A DNA stretch of 64,000 nt from Hypanus sabinus (lineage: Eukaryota): assembly GCF_030144855.1 (NCBI RefSeq), contig NC_082730.1, positions 1,488,001 through 1,552,000 of the forward strand. The letters are read 5' to 3'. Shown here one piece after another: positions 11,950-23,479 of the stretch (the stretch's first letter is position 1; each line of letters starts with the position of its first letter). The position numbers were made by a program, and so were the translations under genes. The notes beneath the pieces were generated by a model that was not told the origin of the DNA, made no database searches, and saw only the letters and a list, made by a program, of their open reading frames with translations.

Positions 11950-13020
11950 AGATGTCCATGGATTTAGGTTCCACACACAACCTGATGCAGCTACGTACAA
12001 AGGTGATCATCAGAATGTGGGCAACATTAGGTACAGATTTGCTCCCATTGTCCAGGGAGTTGTGTGTTGTGACTCATCTGACCCACTCCATCTTCAATCC
12101 CCAGATGAATCTGAAGATGTCTTGGGTGATTCCCAAGTTGAAGAAGGGGGTAGAAAGGTCACACCTGCACCTAGTACCACAGCCCTGAGAACACCTCATA
12201 CCTGATGTCCAGGTTCTTCCCAATTATCCAGAGGGAGCACCACAATCCCAATTTCTGATCCCCAGCACCTTCACGTAATGGGACCTAACAGTAAAAGGGA
12301 CACTGGGTGGGTGGGGCCAGTTGCCGAAGAGCATGGCTTCCCTGATGCCAACTCAGACTGGTTGCAGATGCTGATCTATCTATGAACTGGCCTCCGACCC
12401 AAGCAGGAGACGATGATATTGTCCATGTACAGGGAGGTTTTCACTTAGGTCCCTCCATTATCCTGCAGCGTCACCCCCTTATGCTCTCGTCCTTCGACAA
12501 AGAGTTCTATACAGCACACAAACAAGACAGGGGAGAGAGGGCAGCACTGCCTGACTCCAGACTTGATGGGGAAGCTGTCTATTTCCCATTCATTGATTTG
12601 GACAGTGGGGAGCTGTTGGATCCCAATTTCTGATTCCCTCCCCAAAACCCAGTTTGGAGAGTCCATCATATACCTGTGTAACATGCTGTCAAAGGCTTTT
12701 TCCTGCTCCCAAGATGACCAGCCAGGCATCCAGTCCTCTGACCTGTGTGGCGGCGATGGTATCTGTGAGCAGCCTGAGGCTGTCAAAGAGCTTCCTGTCA
12801 GGTACAGCATAGGTTTGGTCCAAGTGGGTCACCCATTCCACAACAGACCTGGCTCTGTCAGCAGTGAAATGGGTCTTCCATTCCTGATGTCATCTCTCTC
12901 CCCCTTCTGCTTGTAGACGATGCCCTTCCTCATGCAGTCCGACATGCTGCCAGCCAGAAGCATAACATTGTACACTTCCAGTAGGTCTGGTATGAGGAAA
13001 TGCTTGTTTCAGACCGATCT
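11950..13020 (-). mobile_element. L1/Tx1-type LINE RT fragment
   Basis: ORF 12445-12810 contains QEKAFD...SFPIKSGVRQCCPLSPVLFVCCIE. Confidence 0.75.
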
Positions 13021-13690
13021 GAGTGGGAAACAGTGCTGTGGAGTTGTAAATCTCTCAGCCCAGGGAGCCCTGTACGCCAGCAGTGAGAAACTCCAAGCCA
13101 GCTGGAATAACCCTTCAACCAAATGGCCTCCCCGCTACTCCCTTCCTCTCAGCAGCCAGTGTGTGTTACTGTATCTCCGGACCCCTCCATGTCTCAGTGA
13201 CACCCCTCACTCTACCCACATCGATGGTGCTATTCTCTGTATGTCTCTCACCAACCCTTCTCTCTCTCATGCTCCACATGAAACAGCTGGACGTGTCCCA
13301 AAGTCCCAGCCGACACTCGATCCCAGCTGCCTGTACCTAACCCAAGCCTCCTGCTTTTCTTTTAACCACAGCATCAATAATTTTCGTCTTCCTCGTTGCC
13401 CCAATAATGCCCGCCTTGCCTTTCAGTGCAGACCTCCAGATCGCCCTTTTCAAAACCTCCCTTTGCCCACAAACAATCTTCATCAATCCATTTTGCCGGG
13501 GGAGGGGTTTACGGGTGGGATTAACTCTCTCACATCGGACGCTCCATCCCCATCACACGGGCCGAATTCCCTGCCAGCCTCTCTCTCTGGCAGAGAGGGA
13601 GCGTCCCATCCCTATTCTCATCCTCAGGTGAAGTGCGCAGAGTCTCGGCGACACTGCCGTAAAGCAGCGACGCGTTCGTCCAGGGGAACG

Positions 13691-13703
13691 GTTGCCGGGC
13701 AAC
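13691..13703. promoter_or_regulatory. RFX X-box in a small CpG-rich island (putative KLHDC9 promoter, ~13600-13730)
   Basis: GTTGCCGGGCAAC near-palindrome fitting the RFX consensus; local CpG density is high relative to the flanks. Confidence 0.6.
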
Positions 13704-13720
13704 GGGAGCGGCTGCGGGAA

Positions 13721-13726
13721 ATGCAG
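13721..13726 (+). CDS. KLHDC9: Putative KLHDC9 coding exon 1 (Met-Gln)
   Basis: GGGAA ATG CAG|GTGAAA is a phase-0 donor compatible with the phase-0 acceptor at 27194; that exon has no ATG of its own before the conserved region. Confidence 0.55.
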
Positions 13727-13734
13727 GTGAAACT

Positions 13735-14590
13735 TCGAGAGAGGGAAAGAAGGAGGGTGCGAGGGGGAAGGTGGAGAGATGGAGACAGGGAGGGGAGGGG
13801 AGGGGAGGGGGATGGGGAGGGGGATGGAGAGGGTGAGTTGGAGAGGGTGAGGGGAGGGGGATGGAGAGAGGGAGGGAAGGGGAGATGGAGAGGGGGAGGG
13901 GAGTTGGAGAAGGGGGAGGGGAGATAGAGAGGGGGGAGGGGAGATGGAGAGGGGGGAGGGGAGATGGAGAGGAGGGAGGGGAGATAGAGAGAGGGAGGGA
14001 AGGGATAGAGAGAGGGGAGATAGCGAGGTGGAGAGAGAGGGGGAGAGGAGAGAGGGAGGGTGTGAGGGTGAGAAGGGGAGGAGAGAGTGGGGTGTGAAGA
14101 GAGAGAATGGTGAGAGAGGGGGTGAGTGAGAGGCAGAGAGAAGGTTGAGGGAGAGAGAAGGAGTTGGAGAGAGGAAGAGGGGGAGGAAGGAGAGGAGTGA
14201 GAGCGGGTGGTGGAGGGGGAGAGAGGTGCGTGGGTGGGGAGAGGGAGGGAGGGGAGTGAGGCAGGGGCATGGAGGGGAGAGTGGGAGTAGTGAGGGAGGG
14301 AGGTGAGAGGCAGGGCAGAAGGAGTGCAGAGAAAGAGACAGAGAGAAAGGGGGAGAGAGAGATAGGGATAGAAGGGGAGGGAGGGGAGAGTAGTAGAGGG
14401 GGAAGAGAGAGAGATGTTCAGAGGAAGGAGAGAGGGACAGAGTGGCCTCTGAAGGATGGAGGGGCCAGGGAGAAGGAAAAGATGTGGTATGGAGGGTGAA
14501 CAGAAGAGTGAGCAACAGGGAATGGGGAGGGGAGGGGTGGGGAAGTGGCATCGAAGGAGAAAAGGGAAGAAAAGTGGAGGGACAAAGAAC
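13735..14590. repeat. Polypurine (GA/GGA) low-complexity tract
   Basis: About 850 bp almost entirely G/A on the + strand. Confidence 0.95.
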
Positions 14591-15625
14591 ACTCAGATAT
14601 TGTAATTCGTTGGAAGTGAAGTGACAGATTGAGTGCTCCAACCAACATAATTGGCTGGATTGATGTCAACTGGCCAGTGATAAGAATTAACTCAATGGTC
14701 AGCTGTGAGGAAATCAAACTGTGATTGGAGAATAACAGTAATTAGTCAAATATTAGGGAGTTGAAAACAGTTGAGGTTGCAATTGCTTAAATGATTGGCA
14801 TGTTGCTTGCTTGATGGCAAGTAATGGTAATTAAATGTATGGCCATGGCCCTGATTGACTGAATGCCCATCACTGGACAGATAGTCAATGGTTGTGATTG
14901 GTTGATGTTGATGACTGGTTGAATGACTGATACTGATTGGCTAAATGCCCAGCACAAGTTAGATGGCCATTGGTGGTGTTGAGTTGAGGATGCTGAAGAT
15001 AATAAACTTGATTGATTGGTTGAACAGACTTGGACATTGATGATGCCTGAACAAAGTTCTGGAGGAATTCAATGGGTCAGGGAAAGGGATGGTTAGTGTT
15101 TCAGATTACTGAGAGTATAGAATGGTGTTAGCCAGTGTACAGAGATTTGAGTGAGAGGTGAGGTAGGATCTGGTTGGTGTTAGGGGGAGAGGGCAGATAG
15201 GGTGATGGGAAGATGGAGACAGGTGGGAGAGGGGGGGTGAGGCTGGATATGGGAAAGGGAAGAATAGAATGTGAGAATGAAGCTGGGTAGTTGGGTGGCA
15301 TGGGAAAGGGACATAATGTTGCATGAATCTTCTTTAAACTTTCTCCCTCACTCTTTAAACCTATGCCCTACTCTCTATTACTTCCAACCTGGAATAAAGG
15401 TTCTGACCCTATCCACATTTCTCTCAGGTCTCTCCACAGCCTTCAGCATTCCAAAGAGAAAAAAACAAACACTGGTTGGTCCAGGTTCCCCTTATATTAG
15501 CATTGGTTTATTCTTGTTACTGATACAGTGATACAGTGAAAAGCTTGTCTTGCTCTCCGTTCATACAGATCAGATCATTACACGGAGCATTGAGGTAGAA
15601 CATGGTAAAACAGTAACAATGCAGA

Positions 15626-18600
15626 ATGTCGGGGCTGTCCATTATGAGTTCGTACATTCTCTCTGTGACCGTGGGAATTTTCTCTGGTTTTCTCATACAT
15701 TCCAAAGACATACAGGTTAGCAACTTAATTAGTCATTGGGTGGCAATAGACAATAGGTGCAGAAGTAGACCATTTGGCCCCTCGAGTCTGCACCGCCATT
15801 CTGAGATCATGGCTGATCATTCACTATCAATACCCAGTCCCTGCCTTGTCCCCATATCCCTTGATTCCCCTATCCATCAGATATCTATCTAGCTCCTTCT
15901 TGAAAGCATCCAGAGAATTGGCCTCCACCGTCTTCCGAGGCAGTGCATTCCACACCTCCACAACTCTCTGGGAGAAGAAGCTCTTCCTCAACTCTGTTTT
16001 AAATAACTGACCTCTTATTCTCAATCCATGCCCTCTGATACTGGACTCTCCCAACATCTGGAACATATTTCCTGCCTCAATCCTATCAAATCCTCTAATT
16101 ATCTTAAATGTTTCAATCAGATCCCCTCTCAATCTCTTCAATTCCAGCGTGTACAAACCCAATCTCTCCAATCTCTCTGCGTAAGGCAGCCGTGCCATCC
16201 CAGGAATCAACCTAGTGAATCTACGCTGCACTTTCTCAATTGCCAGAATGTCCTTCCTTAAACCTGGAGACCAAAACTGTACACAATATTCCAGGTGTGG
16301 TCTCACCAGGGCCCTGTACAAATGCAAAAGGACATCCTTGCTCTTGTACTCAATTCCCCTTGTAACAAAGGCCAACATTCCATTTGCCCTCTTCACTGCC
16401 TGTTGCACTTGCTCATTCACCTTCATTGACTGGTGAACTAGGACTCCTAGGTCTCTTTGCATTTCCCCCTTACCTAACTCTACACCATTCAGACAATACT
16501 CTGCCCTCTTGTTCCTGCTTCCAAAGTGGATAACTTCACATTTATTCACATTGAATGACATCTGCCAAGTATCTGCCCACTCACCCAGCCTATCCAAGTC
16601 TCCCTGTATTCTCCTAACGTCCTCTTCGCATGTCACACTGCCACCCAGTTTAGTATTGTCAGCAAACTTGCTGATATAGTTTTCAATGCCCTCATCTAAA
16701 TCGTTGACATAAATCGTAAAGAGCTGTGGTCCCAATACAGAGCCCTGTGGTACCCCACTAGTCACCTCCAGTCAGTCCGAGAAACACCCATTCACTGCTA
16801 CCCTTTGCTTTCTATCTGCCAACCAGTTTTCTATCCATGTTGAAACCCTGCCCCCAATGCCATGAGCTCTGATTTTACTCACCAATCTCCTATGTGGCAC
16901 CTTATCGAATGCCTTCTGAAAATCTAGGTATACAACATCCACTGGCTTACCCTCGTCTAACATCCTTGTTACACCCTCAAAAAACTCCAACAGATTAGTC
17001 AAGCATGATTTGCCCTTGGTAAATCCATGCTGGCTCGGCCTAATCCTATTTCTGCCATCTAGATGTGCCACTATTTCGTCCTTAATAATGGACTCAAGCA
17101 TCTTCCCCACGACTGACGTTAGGTTAACAGGGCGATAGTTCTCCGTTTTCTCCTTCCCTCCCTTCTTGAAAAGTGGGACAACATTAGCCACTCTCCAATC
17201 TTCAGGAACTGATCCTGAATCTAAGGAACATTGGAAAATGATTACCAATGCATCCGCAATTTCCTGAGCCACCTCTTTTAGAACCCTCGGATGCAGACCA
17301 TCTGGACCCGGGGATTTATTAGCCTTCAGTACTACCAGTCTACTCATCACAGTTTCTTTCCTAATGTCAATCTGTCTCAATTCCTCTGATATCTTATGAC
17401 CCTGGCCCATCCATACATCTGGGAGATTGCTAGTGTCCTCCCTGGTGAAGACAGATCTAAAGTACGCATTAAATTCTGTTGCCATTTCCCTGTTTCCCAT
17501 AACAATTTCTCCCAATTCATTCTTCAAGGGGCCAACATTGTTCTTAACTACTTTCTCTTCACATAGCTAAAAAAGCTTTTGCTATCCCCTTTTATATTCC
17601 TGGCTAGACTGAGCTCATACCTGATTTTTTCTCTCCGTATTGCTTTTTTAGTTAAGATCTGCTGTTCCTTAAAACTTTCCCAATCATATGTATTCCCACT
17701 CATCTTAGCCCTGTCATACTTCTTTTTCTTTAATGCTATACAATCTCTGACTTCCTTTGTCAACCACTGTGGCCCCTTCCCCCTCTTTGAATCCTTCCTT
17801 CTCATTGGAATGAACTGCTTTTGCATCTTTTGTATTATGCCCAAGAATATCTGCCACTGCTGATCCACTGTCTTTCCTGCCAGGGCATCCGCCCATTTAA
17901 CTTTGGCCAGCTCTTCCCTCATGGCTCTGTAGTCTCCTTTATTTAATTGCAACACTGACACCTCTGATCTGCCCTTATCCCTCTCAAATTGTAGATAAAA
18001 ACTTATCATGTTATGATCACTACTTCCTAATGGCTCCTTTACTTCAAGATCACTTATCAATTCCTGTTCATTACACATCACCAAGTCCAAAATAGCCTCG
18101 TTCCTGGTTGGCTCAAGCACAAGCTGTTCCAAAAACACATCCCTTAGACACTCCACAAACTCCCTATCCTGGGGTCCAGCACCTACCTAGTTCTCCCAGT
18201 TCACCTGCATGTTGAAATCTCCCATAATGACTACATTACCTTTAGCACATGCCAATGTTAACTCCCTAATCAACTTGTACCCAATATCCACGCTACTGTT
18301 TGGGGGCCTGTACACAACACCCATTAGGGTCTTTTTACCCTTACTGTTCCTCAGCTCAATCCACACAGACTCTACTTCCCCTGTTCCCAAGTCACCTCTT
18401 GCTAAGGACTGAATCTCATTCCTCACCAACAGGGCCACCCCACCCCCTCTTCCCATATTTCTGTCTCTACGATAGCACGTATACCCTGGTACACTCAATT
18501 CCCAGGCCTGATCCCCTTGCAGCCATGTCTCCGTTATCCCAACAATATCGTAGTTCCCCATTTTCATCTGAGCTTCAAGCTCATCTGTCTTATTTCTGAC

Positions 18601-19195
18601 ACTACGCGCATTCAAGTATAGAATTCTTAGCCCATTCCTCCTCTCTTTGCTTAAGACACTGTCTACTGTACCTAACCCAGCTCCTTGAACTTCCTTCGGG
18701 CTAATTGCACCCTGAATTTTGATGACCTTCTCAAGATAACCCAAACCTTCTACACATTTAACCCCATGCTCCTTCTGACCAACCCTCTGGATCTGGATCC
18801 CTGCCCCCTGCACATCTAGTTTAAACCCCCCCGAGCAGCACTGGCAAACACTCCTGCAAGAATGTTAGTACCCCTCCGGTTCAGATGTAGACCGTCCCTT
18901 CGAAACAGATCCCAATGTCCCTGGAACAAAGACCAATTATCCAAAAACCTGAACCCTTCCTTCCTGCACCATGCTCTCAGCCTCGTATTAATGTGCATAA
19001 TCATTCTATTCTTTGCCTCACTCGCACGTGGCACAGTTAGCAATCCCGAGATTGTCACCCTGGAGGTCCTGCCTTTCAGCTTCACTCCTAACTCCCTGAA
19101 CTCTCTAAGCAGGACCCCCTCACTCACTTTACCTACATCGTGGACTTGTTGGGTCGGGAGGGTCTGTTAGCATGCTGTATCGCTAAAATAAAAGT
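15626..19195 (+). mobile_element. V-SINE/HE1-like SINE split by a CR1 insertion (pieces 15626-15743 and 19140-19195)
   Basis: GTACATTCTC..GTGACC..CATTCCAAAGAC core, and tail GCTGTATCGCTAAAATAAAA on the far side of the CR1. Confidence 0.6.
15744..19140 (-). mobile_element. Young CR1 LINE, 5'-truncated within ORF1 (copy A)
   Basis: ORFs 18816-19127 (esterase C-terminus), 18187-18813, 17548-18156, 16772-17527 and 15827-16765; (CTATTGT)n tail; nearly identical to 54068-58253. Confidence 0.97.
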
Positions 19196-19199
19196 CTAT

Positions 19200-22050
19200 A
19201 AGTTAGAGAGAGAATTTAGAATAATTGAATTACAAGCATCATGAACAAAGTGGATGAGCTTAGAGCATGGATCAGTATTCGGAGCAGTGGGGAGGTGGCC
19301 ATTACAGAGACTTGGATGATTCAGGGGCAGGAATGGTTACTCAGAGTGCCAGGCTTTAGGTGTTTCTGAAAGGACAGGGAGGGAGGCAAAAGAGGTGGAG
19401 GTATGGCACTGCTGATCAGAGATAGTGTCACAGCTGCCGAAAAGGAGGGAGGATGAAAAGTCATGGAGGAATTGTCTATGGGGTCTCTGGGTGGAAGTTT
19501 GAAACAATATGGGGTCAATAACTCTACTGGGTGTATTTTATAGACCACCCAATAGTAACAGGGACATTGAGGAGCAGATAGGGAGACAGATTCTGCAAAG
19601 GTGCAATAATAACAGGGTTGTAGAAGTGCGAGATTCTAATTTCCCAAATATTGATTGGTATCTTCCTAGAGCAAGGGGTTTAGATGGGGTGGAGTTTGTT
19701 AGGTGTGTTCAGGAAGCTTTCCTGACACAATATATAGATAAACCTACAAGAGGAGAGGCTGTACTTGATCTAGAATTGGGAAATGAACCTGGTCAGGTGT
19801 CAGGTCTCTCAGTGGGAGAGCATTTTGGAGATAGTGATCAGAATTCTATCTCCTTTACCTTAGCATTGGAGAGGGATAGGAACAGACAAGTTAGTAAAGT
19901 GTTTAATTGGAGTAAGGGGAAATACGAGGCTATCAGGCAGGAACTTGGAAGCATTAATTGGGAACATATATTCTCAGGGAAATGTATGTCAGAAATGTAG
20001 CAGTTGTTCAGGGGATATTTGTGTGGTGTTCTGCATAGGTACATTCTAATGAGACAGGGGAAGGATGGTAGAGTACAGGAATCATGGTGTACAAAATCTA
20101 GTCAAGAAGAAAAGAAAAGGTTCAAAAAACTAGGTAATGAAAGAGATCTAGAAGATTATAAGGCTAGCAGGAAGGAGTTTAAGAATGAAATTAGGAGAGC
20201 TAGAAGGGGCGATGAGAAGGCCTTGGCAAGCAGGATTAAAGAAAACCCCAAGGCATTCTGCAAGTATGTTGAGAGCAAGAGGATAAGATGTGAGAGAATA
20301 GGACCTTTGTGTTACAGTGGAAAAGTGTGTATGGAACTGGAGGAGATTGCAGAGGTACTTTGCTTCAGTATTCACTACAGAAAAGGATCTTGGCGATTGT
20401 AGGGATAACTTACAGTGGATTGAAAAGCTTGAGCAGAAAGATATTAAGAAAGAGGATGTGCTGGGGCTTTTGGAAAGCATCAAGTTGGATAACTCTCCGG
20501 GGCTGGATGATGTACCCCATGCTACTGTGGGAGGCAAGGTAGGAGATTGCTGAGTCTCTGGCAATAATTTTTGTATCATCAGTGGGGACGGGAGATGTTT
20601 CAGAGGTTTGGAAGGTTGCAGATGTTGTTCCCTATTCAAGAAAGTGAGTAGAGATAGCCCAGGAAATTATAGACCAGTGAGTCTTACTTCAGTGGTTGGT
20701 AAGTTGATGGAAAAGATCCTGAGAGGCAGGATTAATGAACATTTGGCGAAGCATAATATGATTAGGAATAGTCAGCATGGCTTTGTCAAAGGCAGGTTGT
20801 GCATTACGAGCCTGATTGAATTTTTTGAGGATGTGACTAAACACATTGATGAAGGAAGAGCAGTAGATGTAGTGTATATGGATTTCAGCAAGGCATTTGA
20901 TAAGGTACCCCATGCAAGACTTATTGAGAAAGTAATGAGGCATGGGATCCAAGAAGACCTTGCTTTGTGGGTCCAGAATTGGCTTGTTCACAGAAGGCAA
21001 AGAGTGGCTGTAGACGGGTCATATTCTGCATGGTTGGTGACCAGTGGTGTGCTTCAGGGATATGTTCTGGATCTTCTTCGTTTTGTGATTTTTATAAATG
21101 ACCTGGATAAGGAAGTGGAGGGATGGGTTAGTAAGTTTGCTGATGACACAAAGGTTGGGGGTGTTGTGGATAGTGGGGAGGGCTGTCAGAGGTTACAGCA
21201 GGACATTGATAGGATGCAAAACTGGGCTGAGAAGTGGCAGATGGAGTTCAACCCAGATAAATGTGAGGTGGTTCATTTTGGTCGGTCAAGTATGATGGCA
21301 GAATTTAGTATTAATGGTAAAACTCTTGGCAGTGTGGAGGATCAGAGGGATCTTGGGATCTGAGTCCATAGGACACTCAAAGCTGCTGCGCAGGTTGACT
21401 CTGTGGTTAAGAAGGCATATGATGTATTGGCCTTCAACAACTGTGGGATTGAGTTTAAGAAGGGAGAGGTAATGTTGCAGTTATATAAGACACTGGTTAG
21501 AACCCAGTTGGAGTACTGCACTCAGTTCTGGTCACCTCACTACAGGAAGGATGTGGAAACCATAGAAAGGGTGCAGACGAGACATCCAAGAATGTTGCCT
21601 GGATTGGCGAGCATGCCTTATGAGAATAGGGTGAGTGAACTTGGCCTTTTTTCCTTGGAGCAACAGAGGATGAGAGATGACTTGATTGAGGTGTATGAGG
21701 TGATGAGAGGCACTGATCATGTGGAGAGTGAGAGTCTTTTTCCCAGGGCTGAAATGGTCATCATGAGAGGGCACAGTTCTAAAGTGCTTGGAAGTAGGTA
21801 CAGAGGAGATGTGGGGGGTAAGTTTTTTTACGCAGAGGGTGGTGAGTGCATGGAATGGACTGCCGGCGATGGTGGTGGAAGTGGATACGATAGGATCTTT
21901 TAGGAGACTCCTGGATAGGTACATGGAGCTTCAAAAAATAGAGGGCTATGGGTAATCTGAGGTAATTTCTAAAGTAAGTACATGTTTGGCACAGCATTGT
22001 GGGCCAAAGGGCCTCTATTGCGCTGTAGGTTTTCTATGTTTCTATAATAG
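19200..22050 (+). mobile_element. CR1 LINE ORF2, older subfamily
   Basis: ORFs 19509-20000, 20608-21363 (YMDFSKAFDKVPH, KFADDTK) and 21403-21903; TTTCTATG tail. Confidence 0.92.
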
Positions 22051-22239
22051 AAGTAACACGTTATCTGCAGGGATCAGCTTGTGAGTTGTCACACTTCAGC
22101 ACTATCAACATCCTGGTGAACCTCTTCTGCGCCCTCTCCAAAGCATCCACATCCTGTAACAGGGTGTCCAGAACTGCACACAATACTGCATTTATAGCCT
22201 AGTCAAAGCTTTATACAACTTGCACCATTAGAATGGTAA

Positions 22240-23170
22240 CAGAAGAGTCTGCAGGTGTTGGAAATCTGGGACAGCATATGCAATGCTGGAGGAACTCAGT
22301 AGGCCAGGCGAGGGGAATACACAATCAACATTTCAAGCTGAGACCCTTCATCTGAACTGGAAAGTAATATATACTAAAAGGAATGGGAGGAAGATGGAAT
22401 CTGATAGGAGAGGACAGTAGACCATTGAATGTGTATGTGATGAGCAGATCAAGAGGCTGGTGGGGGAGTAGAGGTGGGATGATACAGGGTGATCAGATAT
22501 GGGGAGAAAACAAGGGACAGGGGTGAGCAGTTACTGGAAGTTAGAGGAAATGATGTGCACGGTGTCCTGTTGGAGATGACCAGAACAGAATATGAGGTGC
22601 TGCTTTGCTAATCTGTGTCTGGCCTCTATGTGGCAGTAGAGAGCCTTTGGACATATACCCCTGTGGGAATGGGAAGTGTAATTGAGTGGTCAATCGCTAC
22701 TGTAGCATGCTGTATCACTAAAATAAAAGTGGAAATGTGGAAGATCATGGCTAGTAAGTCAGATAACGTACTCACCAATGTAGAGGAGGCTGTGTGAGAG
22801 CAGTGGACACAGTAAACTATATTTTAATAAATAATATATATTATTTTGATAAATTAACCGTTTAATTGTATCCAGTGCTCCTTCCCTTTATTTTATGGTC
22901 CACTGTCCTGTCCTATCAGATTCCACCTTGTCAGCCCTTTGTTCTTTCCTCCTATCAGCGTGCAACTTCAGACATCACTCCTACTCTCCCTCCCCCACCT
23001 CACCTAGATCCACCCATCTGCTGCCAGTGTTTTCTCCATCCCTTCCCACTACTTTTTTTATGCTGGCCATCTCCCCTCTTTTTTATTCCAGTCATAATGA
23101 TGGGTCCCAACCTGAAATCTCCACTCTCCATACATACTACCTGAACCACCGAGTTCATCCATCACTTATA
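22240..23170. mobile_element. Penelope-like element remnants in both orientations, with decayed hammerhead motifs
   Basis: ATGCTGGAGGAACTCAG..CAACATTTCAAGCTGAGACCCTTCATC; inverse copy near 23090 (CCAGTCATAATGATGGGTCCCAACCTGAAA). Confidence 0.6.
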
Positions 23171-23479
23171 GAGTCATAGAAAAGTTCAACACATAAACTG
23201 GCCCCTCGGCCCATCTAGTCCATGCCAAACCATTTAAACTGCCCGGCATACCCCTACCATCCATTTACCTATCCAAACTGCTGTTAAACATTGAAATCAA
23301 GCTGGCATGTACCACTCGTGCTGGCAGCTCATTCTACATTGTCACTGTCCTGAGTGAAGAAGTTTTCCCTCACATTCCACGTAAACTTTTCACCTTTACT
23401 CACCTGGTGTTGCAATTTGATTTTTAGTTTAATGCCCCACCTAACCAATGCTGTAAGCCAATTTTATCACCTCTCCATG

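Noticed and set aside
12920-14717. Long ORFs of 246-362 aa on both strands
   Set aside because: They arise from the stop-poor polypurine tract; the translations are low complexity with no domain.
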